A stretch of 64,000 nucleotides of DNA from Candidatus Sericytochromatia bacterium (GCA_036676495.1 JAKFCT010000001.1:13526-77525), one strand, 5' to 3'; positions 49,665-58,823 are shown, counted from the first letter of the stretch. Numbers and translations are program-made. The notes: generated by a model not told the origin, from the sequence alone.

Positions 49665-50822
49665 ATGGTTCACACGGTAGATGGCGGGGGATCCGTTCGG
49701 CGGAACTTCCATCCCGCGGATTTGAACAAAGATGGCAAGGTGACCCGTTCCGAGGCCCAGCAGTACGTCGATAAGAAAGTTCCCGCTGCCAAGCCCGAGG
49801 GAGAGTTCAAGACGCCCGTTGCCAAGCCCAAGGGAGAGTACAAGACCCCCGTTGCCGACCCCAAGGGAGAGTTCAAGACGCCCGTCGCGAAACCCAAGGA
49901 GGACGTCAACGCCACCCGCTACCCGACGGTGGGCGAGCACATCGAGAATACGCTGACCGAGGCCAAGAACGAGTTCTTCGAGAGCGCCAAGATCGCCGGC
50001 GTCATGGCGATTCCCGGCGTCAACGTCGCCGCTGGCGTGGTCTATGCCCGCCACATGAGCGAAGCCCGCAAGGAGATCGCCCAGCTGCCCATGGATCCCG
50101 AGGGCAAGTGGAAGGACAAGGCGCGCGACATCATCAGCCGGCACCACGAGGCGGCGGAGGATGAGATCATCGCCCTGCCCGGCAAGGTGGTCGATGGGGC
50201 GGTGGATGCCGTGGACAAGGTCGTCGACGGGGCGGTGGACACCGCCGAGGCCGTCTGGGGCGGCGTCACCGACGCGGCCGAGGCCGCCTGGGACTTCGCC
50301 AAGACCGAAGTCCCCCGCGCCGCCAAGGAACTCGGCCGGGACGCCGCGGTGCTCGCCATCATGGCCAACCCGCTGGGCGCCGTCCCGAGCGGCGTGATCA
50401 TCAGCAACCACATGGCCCAGGCCAACAAGCGCATCATGGACCTGCCCATGGATCCCGAAGGCAAGTGGAAGAGCGAAGCCCGCGCGATCGTCCGCGAGGA
50501 GATGGCCGAGGCCAAGCAAGAGATTCTCGACCTGCCCGGCAAGGCCTGGCAAGGCGTCAAGGACGTTTCGAACTCCATCTACACCGGAGCGCGGAACGCC
50601 GTGGTCGCCACCGGCGAGGCCATCGTCGATGCCGGTGAAGCCGTCGTCGATGGCGTCGTGATGGCCGGAGAGGCCATCGTCGATGCCGGAGAAACGGTCG
50701 TCAAGACCGTGGACAAGGCCATCGATCAGACCGTCGCCGAGATCACCGAGAACTTCGAAAAGGCCCGCAAGGGCTTGGGCGGCGCTTTCGAGCGCTTCGG
50801 CCGCTGGATCGCCGGCAACTAG
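49665..50822 (+). CDS. Hypothetical repeat protein with an N-terminal EF-hand loop
   Basis: 385-aa ORF. EF-hand loop DLNKDGKVTRSE (49719-49754), three 11-aa KP-GE-KTPVA repeats, and a large internal duplication (...LPMDPEGKWK...LPGK twice). Confidence 0.65.
   Translation: MVHTVDGGGSVRRNFHPADLNKDGKVTRSEAQQYVDKKVPAAKPEGEFKTPVAKPKGEYKTPVADPKGEFKTPVAKPKEDVNATRYPTVGEHIENTLTEAKNEFFESAKIAGVMAIPGVNVAAGVVYARHMSEARKEIAQLPMDPEGKWKDKARDIISRHHEAAEDEIIALPGKVVDGAVDAVDKVVDGAVDTAEAVWGGVTDAAEAAWDFAKTEVPRAAKELGRDAAVLAIMANPLGAVPSGVIISNHMAQANKRIMDLPMDPEGKWKSEARAIVREEMAEAKQEILDLPGKAWQGVKDVSNSIYTGARNAVVATGEAIVDAGEAVVDGVVMAGEAIVDAGETVVKTVDKAIDQTVAEITENFEKARKGLGGAFERFGRWIAGN
49791..49889 (+). repeat. 33-nt tandem repeat x3 inside the CDS
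   Basis: AAGCCCGAGGGAGAGTTCAAGACGCCCGTTGCC and two near-copies, encoding KPEGEFKTPVA / KPKGEYKTPVA / DPKGEFKTPVA. Confidence 0.85.
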
Positions 50823-50837
50823 CCCTCTAGCCAATGC

Positions 50838-50869
50838 GAGGGGCCCGGGTCGAACGACCCGGGCCCCTC
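50838..50869. terminator. Bidirectional hairpin terminator
   Basis: GAGGGGCCCGGGTCG-AA-CGACCCGGGCCCCTC, a 15-bp palindrome between convergent genes. Confidence 0.6.
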
Positions 50870-50893
50870 TCGCTTGATCAACCGCTGCGGGCG

Positions 50894-52204
50894 CTAGACC
50901 GCGGCAGCCTGGCGCTTCGCCATCAGGCGCTCGATCTCGTCGATTGCCTTCGGCACCTCATGGGTGAGCACCTCGTGGCCCGCCGCCGTGACCAGGACGT
51001 CGTCCTCGACGCGGATGCCGATGCCCCAGTACTTCGGGTCGACGCCTTCCGAGCCCTCGGCGATGTAGAGGCCGGGCTCCACCGTCAGCACCATGCCGGG
51101 CTCCAGCGCGCGCCACTCGCCGTCGATCTTGTAGCGGCCCACGTCGTGAACGTCGAGGCCGATCCAGTGGCTGGTCTTGTGCATGTAGAAGCGGCGGTAG
51201 TCGCCATTTTCGATCAGCGCGTCGACCTCGCCTTGCAGGATGCCGAGACGAACGAGCCCTTCGGTCAGGACCCGGACGGCCGTGTCGTGAACGCCCTGGT
51301 ACGAGCGTCCCGGCTGGACCTGGGCGATCGCCTCCAGCTCCGCCTGCAGCACGATCTCGTAGATCTCCCGCTGAGCCGGGCTGAAGCGCCCGTTCACGGG
51401 GAACGTGCGGGTGATGTCCGAGGCGTAGAACTCGTACTCCGCTCCCGCGTCAATCAGGACCAGGTCCCCGTCCTTCATCTCGGCGTCGTTCTCGACGTAG
51501 TGGAGGATGCAGCCGTTGTCGCCGGAGCCCACGATCGAGCCGTAGGAAGGGCCCATGGCGCCGCGCTTGCGGAAGATGTACTCGATCTCGGCCTGAAGCT
51601 CGAACTCGCGCATGCCGGGATGGGCCGTCTGCATGGCCCGGGTATGGGCCTCCGCCGCGATGGACGCGGCCTTGCGCATCCGCTCGATCTCCTCGGGGCC
51701 CTTGTGCAGGCGGGCCTCATGCAGGTACTCGCTGGGATCGATCAGGGTGGTGGGAGCCGTGACGCCCTGGCGGGCCTTGGCGCGCACCTTCCCGAGCCAG
51801 CCCATCACCCGGGCGTCGAACTCGGAGTCCTTGCCCAGGCGGACGTAGAGGCTCTCTTGATTCTCGAGGTAGAGCGGAAGGATCTGGTCGATCTCGGAGA
51901 TCGGATAGGCGGCGTCCGCGCCGAAGTCGCGGACCGCGCCCTCGGTGCCGGCTCGGCGGCCGTCCCAGGTCTCGCGCTCCGGGTCCCGGGGCCTCACGAA
52001 GAGGATGACCTGATGCTCGGGGTGGTTGGGGACGAGCAAGAGCACGGCTTCGGGCTCCTTGAAGCCGGTCAGGTAGAAGAAATCGGAGTCCTGGCGGTAC
52101 TCGAAGTCGAGATCGGCGGTCCGGTTTCGGATGGGTGCGGACGGAATGATGGCCACGGCGGAGCCGATGGCCTGCATGAACTTCTCGCGGCGAGCTTGGA
52201 ACAC
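50894..52204 (-). CDS. pepP: Xaa-Pro aminopeptidase (M24B)
   Basis: GTG 52204 lies 6 nt after AAGGAGG. N-terminal creatinase-like domain and C-terminal HKTSHWIGLDVHD and VEPGLY motifs. The 76-codon upstream extension in the track was rejected. Confidence 0.85.
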   Translation of the reverse strand: MFQARREKFMQAIGSAVAIIPSAPIRNRTADLDFEYRQDSDFFYLTGFKEPEAVLLLVPNHPEHQVILFVRPRDPERETWDGRRAGTEGAVRDFGADAAYPISEIDQILPLYLENQESLYVRLGKDSEFDARVMGWLGKVRAKARQGVTAPTTLIDPSEYLHEARLHKGPEEIERMRKAASIAAEAHTRAMQTAHPGMREFELQAEIEYIFRKRGAMGPSYGSIVGSGDNGCILHYVENDAEMKDGDLVLIDAGAEYEFYASDITRTFPVNGRFSPAQREIYEIVLQAELEAIAQVQPGRSYQGVHDTAVRVLTEGLVRLGILQGEVDALIENGDYRRFYMHKTSHWIGLDVHDVGRYKIDGEWRALEPGMVLTVEPGLYIAEGSEGVDPKYWGIGIRVEDDVLVTAAGHEVLTHEVPKAIDEIERLMAKRQAAAV

Positions 52205-52372
52205 GTTGCCCCTCCTTGTTAAAGATCCGGTCTCCGTTGTACCAGATCCCGGAGCGGGGCGGAAGGGGAAGCGAGATTCGAGGGGGCGATCGCCCCTTCG
52301 ACGCGTTAGGGAAGGCCTATCCAAGGGCATGAAGGGCATGCAAGTCTCTTTACCCCCACAGGCACCTGATCC

Positions 52373-52702
52373 ATGACCCAACGTTACTCCATCGTCCTGC
52401 GCGCCGTTCACGACGGGCTCGGGACGGCTCATGACCGTGAACTCGTCGTCCCCAGCGTCTTCGGCCCCGATCTCGTCGGCTCTCAGACGCTCCTGCCGGC
52501 CTTTCGGGCCCGCGTCAGCGAAGAGCCCGCCCGGACCGCCCTCGAATGGGCCAGCGACATCTGGCGCTCCGCGTGGGCGGGGGATCCCCTCGAGATGGAC
52601 CTCTCCTACGTTCAGCTGCTGGAAGAGTTCCTGCTTTCCCTCATCGACCTTCCCCCCGGCGCCGAGGTGGGCTTCAACGCCCAGCCCGTCACGGCCGGGT
52701 AA
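52373..52702 (+). CDS. Hypothetical protein (109 aa)
   Basis: GC3-rich ORF with plausible composition but no SD. No family recognised. Confidence 0.45.
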   Translation: MTQRYSIVLRAVHDGLGTAHDRELVVPSVFGPDLVGSQTLLPAFRARVSEEPARTALEWASDIWRSAWAGDPLEMDLSYVQLLEEFLLSLIDLPPGAEVGFNAQPVTAG

Positions 52703-52964
52703 TCGCCGCGGGCAACTCCTCCAAGGGGACGTCGTAGGCGATCGGTTCGTAATCCGCGTGCTGATGCCGGATGTACGGCTCTTTGGGGTAGACTGAACCG
52801 CTCACGAGCGGAGCCGGCTCCGCCGGCACGATGTCCGGCAGGTACTCGGGGTGGCTCGCCCCGTCGAAGATCACGAACCGCACCATGCCTCCCGGATCCA
52901 TCAGCTCGACCGCCACCTCGGGATGATCGCGCGTCAACCGGGAAATGCGCTCCACCTCGTTCAT
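52689..52964 (-). CDS. Hypothetical protein (91 aa)
   Basis: AAGGAGG lies 5 nt upstream of ATG 52964. No family recognised. Confidence 0.55.
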   Translation of the reverse strand: MNEVERISRLTRDHPEVAVELMDPGGMVRFVIFDGASHPEYLPDIVPAEPAPLVSGSVYPKEPYIRHQHADYEPIAYDVPLEELPAAITRP

Positions 52965-53076
52965 GACGCCCTCCTTCCTGCCGTTCCGACCGCCATGGCC
53001 GATTCTATCGACCTGCGCGCCGTCGGCAATGCCGTCTCGCTTCCCGGGGTCTCGAGAGCGTTCGAGAGGGCCTTTC

Positions 53077-53085
53077 TGATAGAAT
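53077..53085 (+). promoter_or_regulatory. Extended -10 promoter element
   Basis: TGaTAGAAT, about 130 nt upstream of ATG 53217. Confidence 0.4.
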
Positions 53086-53216
53086 GGAAGCGACCGGTTT
53101 CACGCGAGACCATCGGTTCACGCGGGTGCCGACCGCCCCGATCCCGCCACGGGGTCGCCCGGCCTCGGATCGCGCCTCGCGCCCGCAGTTATCGCATCAT
53201 CACTGAGGAGACTACG

Positions 53217-54761
53217 ATGACCTCTGGGACCCAAACCCACGACTCCCAGTCCCTGCACGCCATGCGCGAGCAGATCCGGCAGGGAGGGGCCGCCAAGTAT
53301 CATGAAAGCGCCAAGAAACAGGGCAAGCTCTTCGTCCGCGAACGGCTGAGCCTGCTTTTCGATGAAGGCTTCGAACTCGAAGACGCCATGTTCGCCAACT
53401 GCATGGCGGGTGATCTGCCTGCCGACGGCGTCTACACCGGCCTCGGCAAGATCAACGGCCGCACCGTCGCCGTGATGGCCAACGACTCCACCGTCAAGGC
53501 CGGATCGTGGGGCTCGCGAACCGTCGAGAAGATCCTGCGCATCCAGGAGACTGCCGCCAAGCTGCAAGTCCCCATGCTCTACCTCGTGGACTCGGCGGGC
53601 GCCCGAATCACCGACCAGGTCGAGATGTTCCCGGGCCGGCGCGGCGCGGGGCGCATCTTCTACAACCAGGTCAAGATGTCCGGCACCGTTCCCCAAGTAT
53701 GCCTGCTCTTCGGGCCTTCGGCCGCGGGCGGCGCCTACATTCCCGCGTTCTGCGACATCGTCGTGATGGTCGAGGGCAATGCCTCGGCCTACCTCGGCAG
53801 CCCCCGCATGGCCGAGATGGTCATCGGCGAGAAGGTCACCCTCGAAGAGATGGGCGGCGCTCGCATGCATTGCTCGACCTCGGGCGTCGGCGACGTCCTC
53901 GCCAAGACCGAAGAAGAGGCCATCGCCTTCCTCAAGAAGTACCTGGAGTTCTTCCCCCAGAACTACCTGAGCAAGGCCCCGGTGATCCCGTCCGTCGCTC
54001 CCAAGGCCGGCAAGAAGATCTCCGAGATCGTCCCCACCAACCAGAACCAGCCCTTCAACATGATCGACCTCATCGATCAAGTGATCGACGAGGGCTCCTT
54101 CGTCGAGATCAAGAAGCTCTTCGCCCAGGAGATGATCACGGGCTTCGCGCGGATCGGCGGCAGGCCGGTCGGCATTCTCGCCAACCAGCCCCGCGTCAAG
54201 GGCGGCGTGCTCTTCACCGACACAGCCGACAAGGCCACGCGCTTCATCTGGCTCTGCGACGCCTTCAACATTCCCCTGCTCTTCCTGATGGACGTGCCGG
54301 GCTTCATGATCGGCTCCAAGGTCGAGCGCGAGGGCATCATCCGCCACGGCGCCAAGATGGTCTCGGCCGTCTCGGACGCCACCGTGCCCAAGGTCTCGGT
54401 CATCGTCCGCAAGGCCTACGGCGCGGGCCTCTACGCCATGGCGGGCCCCGCCTTCGAGCCGGATGCCTGCATCGCGCTGCCCACCGCCAAGATCGCGGTC
54501 ATGGGTCCCGAAGCGGCGGTGAACGCCGTTTACGCCAACAAGATCGCCGAGCTTCCCGAGGCCGACCGGGCCGCCTTCATCGCCGAGAAGCGCGCCGAGT
54601 ACGAAGCGGACATCGACCTGTACCGCCTCGCCTCGGAGATGGTGATCGACGACGTGGTCGAGCCGGACATGCTCCGCGACGAGCTCATCAAGCGCTTCGC
54701 CGCGTACGAGAGCAAGGTCGTGCCGCCTGCTCCCAAGCGCCGTTCGGTGCTGCCGGTCTAA
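53217..54761 (+). CDS. Acyl-CoA carboxylase carboxyltransferase (beta) subunit
   Basis: Internal ATG 53217 follows GAGGAG inside ORF 52851..54761. Carboxyl-transferase motifs VMANDSTVKAGSWG, GPSAAGGAYIPA and PGFMIGSKVEREGIIRHGAK. Confidence 0.85.
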   Translation: MTSGTQTHDSQSLHAMREQIRQGGAAKYHESAKKQGKLFVRERLSLLFDEGFELEDAMFANCMAGDLPADGVYTGLGKINGRTVAVMANDSTVKAGSWGSRTVEKILRIQETAAKLQVPMLYLVDSAGARITDQVEMFPGRRGAGRIFYNQVKMSGTVPQVCLLFGPSAAGGAYIPAFCDIVVMVEGNASAYLGSPRMAEMVIGEKVTLEEMGGARMHCSTSGVGDVLAKTEEEAIAFLKKYLEFFPQNYLSKAPVIPSVAPKAGKKISEIVPTNQNQPFNMIDLIDQVIDEGSFVEIKKLFAQEMITGFARIGGRPVGILANQPRVKGGVLFTDTADKATRFIWLCDAFNIPLLFLMDVPGFMIGSKVEREGIIRHGAKMVSAVSDATVPKVSVIVRKAYGAGLYAMAGPAFEPDACIALPTAKIAVMGPEAAVNAVYANKIAELPEADRAAFIAEKRAEYEADIDLYRLASEMVIDDVVEPDMLRDELIKRFAAYESKVVPPAPKRRSVLPV

Positions 54762-54774
54762 CCCATTCGCAGTG

Positions 54775-54812
54775 AGGACGAGGGGGAGGCGATGCCTCCC
54801 CCTCGTCCTTTT
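54775..54812 (+). terminator. Rho-independent terminator
   Basis: AGGACGAGGGGGAGGC-GAT-GCCTCCCCCTCGTCCT followed by TTTT. Confidence 0.8.
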
Positions 54813-54856
54813 GCATGGCAAGCCGTCCAATCTCCCGAGGGGCCCTCACGCCGACG

Positions 54857-55198
54857 CTACGGAGCTCCGGGTCCGCCGAGTGGCGATCCCCCGGGCCCCT
54901 GAGGCGTCCCTTCACCGGGAGTCCCGTCCTCCTCGGGAGTCGGACTCAACGAGGGGCCCGGTGACGGATACGGAGTGGCCGGCGGAACACCCCCTCCCCC
55001 ACCGGGAGGGACGCTCTGAACCGCGCTCGGCTGCGGCTGAGGCTGACCGGATCCCGGCTGGCCGGATCCCGGCTGACCAGCGCCGCCGCCACCACCGGGG
55101 GATTCGCCTCCACAGCTGATGAGCCCCCCGATGAGGCCGATGGCCGCAACCCCGGCGAGGCCTCGGATACGCCGGTCCATGGACGTGCTCGATCGCAT
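54857..55198 (-). CDS. Small Gly/Pro-rich lipoprotein
   Basis: ATG 55198 follows GGAGGAGG. Signal peptide and lipobox GLISCGG, then GQPGSGQPGSGQPQPQP low-complexity sequence. Confidence 0.5.
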   Translation of the reverse strand: MRSSTSMDRRIRGLAGVAAIGLIGGLISCGGESPGGGGGAGQPGSGQPGSGQPQPQPSAVQSVPPGGGGGVPPATPYPSPGPSLSPTPEEDGTPGEGTPQGPGGSPLGGPGAP

Positions 55199-55332
55199 GA
55201 TCGCACCTCCTCCTGGGCTTCCCGCGTTCGCCATCCTAGGTCCCGGAGAACCGGGGCGCATCGACACCGTGTCCAAACCATCCAGGAAATCTCTGGAGAA
55301 TCGAACGAAGCCCCGAGGGCTCCCAAGACGAG

Positions 55333-55362
55333 GCAGGCCTCCCCCTTCCGGGGGAGGCCTGC
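55333..55362 (-). terminator. Hairpin terminator downstream of the glycoside-hydrolase-like gene
   Basis: GCAGGCCTCCCCC-TTCC-GGGGGAGGCCTGC, a 13-bp stem. Confidence 0.55.
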
Positions 55363-55375
55363 GCGGGAACTCGGC

Positions 55376-57025
55376 TTACGGGGTGATCTCGAAGATCGTG
55401 ACGGAAGCCCGGGGGAAGGTGTAGGCCTTGCTGAGGTTTGCCGAAGCGGACGAGACCGAGGTGTTGGTGTGGTCGGAAGCCCAACCGTTCGAGCCCTTGA
55501 GAACATGGGCGGTGGCGGCCTTCGGGGTGAAGCCGAGCGCGACGTTGGTCGTCACGTCGGAGTCGTTCGTGCGGTTGGTGACCATCACGTAGACCTTGCC
55601 GTCACGTCCCTTCGAGGCGGTGAAGGCGAGCTTGGGCATGTCGATGGAGTCCGAAGGCCCCTTCACGTGCACCGAGGGAATGGCCTGGCCTTCGACCTTG
55701 ACGACCGTGTCGCCCCAGGTCTTGGCGAGCAGCTTGTTGAACATGAAGATCGGAGTGACCGTGTTGGGGTCGTTGCCCACGAAGAACGAGGCATCCGCCA
55801 TGTCCTGGTGATCGATGCAGAACTGGTTGGCGATCCGGATGTCATGCTTGAAGGCCAAGGTCAGCGTATCCGCCGAGTAGAGCGCTCCGAACATGCCGCG
55901 GGCGGTCTTCACGTCGTTGTACATCTCGGTGAAGAACTCCGTGTTGGCGATGTAGACGTCCTTCTTGGCGTACTTCTCGATGGCCGGGACGATCTCGTTG
56001 GTGAGCAGGCGATCGTTCCAGGCGTTCTGCGCCATGATGGTCATCTTGTCGCCGCCCTTGTTGGCGATGGGCCAGCTGGGGTAGCCGTGGTAGATCAGGA
56101 AGTCCACGTCCTCGCCCATGGTCTGGAGGATGTTCTTCACACCCTGCCCCTTGGGCGCCCAGCCCTCTCCCATCCAGTTGGAGTTGGTCGAGGCGACGGC
56201 CCCGATCTGGATGGGGACCGGCGACGCCTTGCGCATGGCCTGGGCGAACTGCTTGGCCCGCTGGGCGTACTTGATGTCGGTCGAGGCGTACTCTTTGTGG
56301 CCGCGGACCTTGGACCAGGAGATCTCGTTGCCGATCTCGAAGAACTTGGCGTTCTGGACCGGGTAGGGGTACTTGGCCCGGTTGGCGTCGTTGGGGTTGT
56401 TGAGGTACGAGACGTAGCGCGCCGCCTCCTCGGGAGAGCCGGTGCCGAAGTTCACGACGTGAAGTTGCTCGGCGTCCAGGGTGTTGGCTTCCCTGAGGGC
56501 GTTGCGGATATCGTCGTACGGGTAGCCGCCGTTCTTGTTCCAGTGCTTCTCGAAGTGGTAGCCGGTCATGTAGTTGTAGTCGTGGCGGCCGTCGGTGGGG
56601 CCATGGCCGATCCGGTACATGTAGCGCGCCCCGCCCCAGTCCGGGCGCAGCTCCTTGAGCTTCTCCAGCTTGGCGGCGCCGTTGGGGAAGTAATCCGTGA
56701 CATGGTTGCGGTTGGTCGCGAGCACGAAGCTGCTGGCGGGGTGCATCGCCTGGTTGACGAAGACCTTGATCCCGCTGGATCCCGCGGGGAGGGAGGGAGG
56801 CAGAGCCGCCACGGGCGGCACCTGGGGAGCCGGTTGCGAGGTGCCGGGCTGGGTCCCGGGCTGGGAGCCGCCGAAACCGGGGAATTCGATGCTTCCGACG
56901 TTGCCGGGAAGCGGAATGCTGATGGGGCCCGTGCTGGGGAGGTTGGGAAGGGAGGCCTCGCCACAGCCGGCCACCATGGAAACCAACACGACGGACGAGA
57001 GGAGCGGCAGGGTCTTGCGTTGCAT
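55376..57025 (-). CDS. Clan GH-A-like glycoside hydrolase, lipoprotein
   Basis: Internal ATG 57025. Lipobox MVAGCG. FFEIGNEISW (acid/base-like) and IANTEFF (nucleophile-like) fit a (beta/alpha)8 retaining GH. The family is not assignable by eye. Confidence 0.6.
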   Translation of the reverse strand: MQRKTLPLLSSVVLVSMVAGCGEASLPNLPSTGPISIPLPGNVGSIEFPGFGGSQPGTQPGTSQPAPQVPPVAALPPSLPAGSSGIKVFVNQAMHPASSFVLATNRNHVTDYFPNGAAKLEKLKELRPDWGGARYMYRIGHGPTDGRHDYNYMTGYHFEKHWNKNGGYPYDDIRNALREANTLDAEQLHVVNFGTGSPEEAARYVSYLNNPNDANRAKYPYPVQNAKFFEIGNEISWSKVRGHKEYASTDIKYAQRAKQFAQAMRKASPVPIQIGAVASTNSNWMGEGWAPKGQGVKNILQTMGEDVDFLIYHGYPSWPIANKGGDKMTIMAQNAWNDRLLTNEIVPAIEKYAKKDVYIANTEFFTEMYNDVKTARGMFGALYSADTLTLAFKHDIRIANQFCIDHQDMADASFFVGNDPNTVTPIFMFNKLLAKTWGDTVVKVEGQAIPSVHVKGPSDSIDMPKLAFTASKGRDGKVYVMVTNRTNDSDVTTNVALGFTPKAATAHVLKGSNGWASDHTNTSVSSASANLSKAYTFPRASVTIFEITP

Positions 57026-57227
57026 GAACAGAAGGTATTCCTTTCTGAATGGGTCCCCGTGATTGAAAAGACGGGAAATGGCGGGGTTCTGGTTCAGCAG
57101 GACTTCGGTCACCCCTTGGACTTGCCGTTCAGCAACGCTTCTATACCCCGCCACGCGTAAAGTTACGTGTCGCTTACCAACTCTTAACGATTGTGAGGAG
57201 CCGATTTCCCGGGATCACGCGCCCCGC

Positions 57228-58184
57228 TCAGGGCTTTCGGAAGGCTTCCGCTTCGAGGATCCGAGCGGCGTGACGGATCTCCTGGGGCGAGGCGGTCGGG
57301 TCGAGATCGGCCGCGAGCGGTGTGGCGCCGGCGGGGTCCTCGGCGTGGTTGTACCAGCCGAACGGACCGAGGGGGGTGGCGGTCACGGGAGCGCGATCGC
57401 CCCCCAGGTAACTCTCGGTCCGGTGGAGTGCGGCTTCCACCATCGCGAGCAGCTCGCGTCCCGCCCGGAGATAGGCAGGCCCGTCCGAATCGGGGCTCTG
57501 ACGCGCGACCAGGGCCGCGACGGCGTCCCGTTGATGACGCAGGTACTGGCCCATCGCCTCCGGCGCGGAGAGGTCCACGGGCATCCCGCGCGCGATCAGG
57601 CGGTCATCGGAGGCTTGCTGCATGGGGACGTCCCAGAAGAGGGTGCTGGCCAGGGCTTGAAGGCCTTGGGTCGCGGGGCTGCCCGGAGGAAGCTCGCCGC
57701 GAGCGGCCTGATCCCCGAGCCATGCCATCATCGGGCCGTGGGTCCCCGCGCCGAAATAGGCGGCGAAAGGCGCCATGTGATCTCGGAAGCCCTCCGTCTC
57801 GGGCCGGGAAGCGAGTTGCTCCGGGCCCCCGTGCCGGGATCCCGGGGCATAGGGCCAGAAGATCGCGATGGCTTGGTCTCCGGTTTCCATGCGCACCGGC
57901 ACGCCGGGACTCGGCAGGAAACTCAGGCGCCGGGCGAGCGGATCACCCGGGGGTGGGGCCAGCGCGGCGTCCACCGCCTTGGTGGCTGCCTCCAGGCTCG
58001 GCAACGTGAGCGAGCCCGTTCGACTCGCCGCCGAGAAATGGCTCTGCGAAGGCGCCAGGGTGAGGGATTCGGGCTCTGGAGGGGGCGCAGCCGAAGGCTC
58101 CGCGCCGCCGGAAGCAGCCAGCGGGCGGAGCGGGGAAGTCCCGGGTACCGGTCTTCCGCGTTGGATAGACCAATCGTCTGCCAC
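57228..58184 (-). CDS. Hypothetical protein (318 aa)
   Basis: GTG start follows AAGGAG. Pro/Ala-rich N-terminus. No family recognised. Confidence 0.5.
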   Translation of the reverse strand: MADDWSIQRGRPVPGTSPLRPLAASGGAEPSAAPPPEPESLTLAPSQSHFSAASRTGSLTLPSLEAATKAVDAALAPPPGDPLARRLSFLPSPGVPVRMETGDQAIAIFWPYAPGSRHGGPEQLASRPETEGFRDHMAPFAAYFGAGTHGPMMAWLGDQAARGELPPGSPATQGLQALASTLFWDVPMQQASDDRLIARGMPVDLSAPEAMGQYLRHQRDAVAALVARQSPDSDGPAYLRAGRELLAMVEAALHRTESYLGGDRAPVTATPLGPFGWYNHAEDPAGATPLAADLDPTASPQEIRHAARILEAEAFRKP

Positions 58185-58334
58185 GGGAAGCTCCTTCGGA
58201 TTCGCACCGAATCCAAGGATCTTTTACCCGCGTCATCCCCGGAGAAGCCGCCAGCAACCGGAATGTAACAATAATTTCACCGAGAGATAGCCGTCCGGGT
58301 TGCGCCGGGTACAAGAAGAGGCAGGGAGGGACGC

Positions 58335-58823
58335 ATGATGTCGGAACCCAGGCCGCCGCGCGCGCAAGATCTCATCCAGAAGGGCCTTTCGCGCCTCTTC
58401 CCCGAGAAAGAGCCGGCGCCGCCCGCTTCCCCCCCCGCGGCCCGAGAGGCCGCAAAGCGTCCGGTCGCAACCCTGGCTGCCGTGGCGCAGCACCGGATCC
58501 AGTTCCTCGACAACGCCAAGCGGCCGCTTTATCAACTCCCGGCACGTGGGACCACTCCCCTGTCGCGCGACGAGGAGCAAATAGCCCTCGCGCGCTGCCT
58601 GGAGGCCCTGCACGAAGCCAAAGCCGCCGGCACCCTCCTCGGAAAACCGGCTCAAGGTGCCTATCTCGGACGGGATCCCGAGGACGTGATGGGGCAAGCG
58701 AGCGCCGAGGACGTGAAAACCTTCCTGGCGTTCGTGCTGGCGAACCCGCGCAGCTTCATGCAGCGCCCCATCCGCCTCTCCGACGCCTTTCTGGCTTGGT
58801 TGGTGGACCGCGGCGAGCCCTGA
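58335..58823 (+). CDS. Hypothetical protein (162 aa)
   Basis: ATG follows GGGAGGGA. No family recognised. Confidence 0.5.
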   Translation: MMSEPRPPRAQDLIQKGLSRLFPEKEPAPPASPPAAREAAKRPVATLAAVAQHRIQFLDNAKRPLYQLPARGTTPLSRDEEQIALARCLEALHEAKAAGTLLGKPAQGAYLGRDPEDVMGQASAEDVKTFLAFVLANPRSFMQRPIRLSDAFLAWLVDRGEP

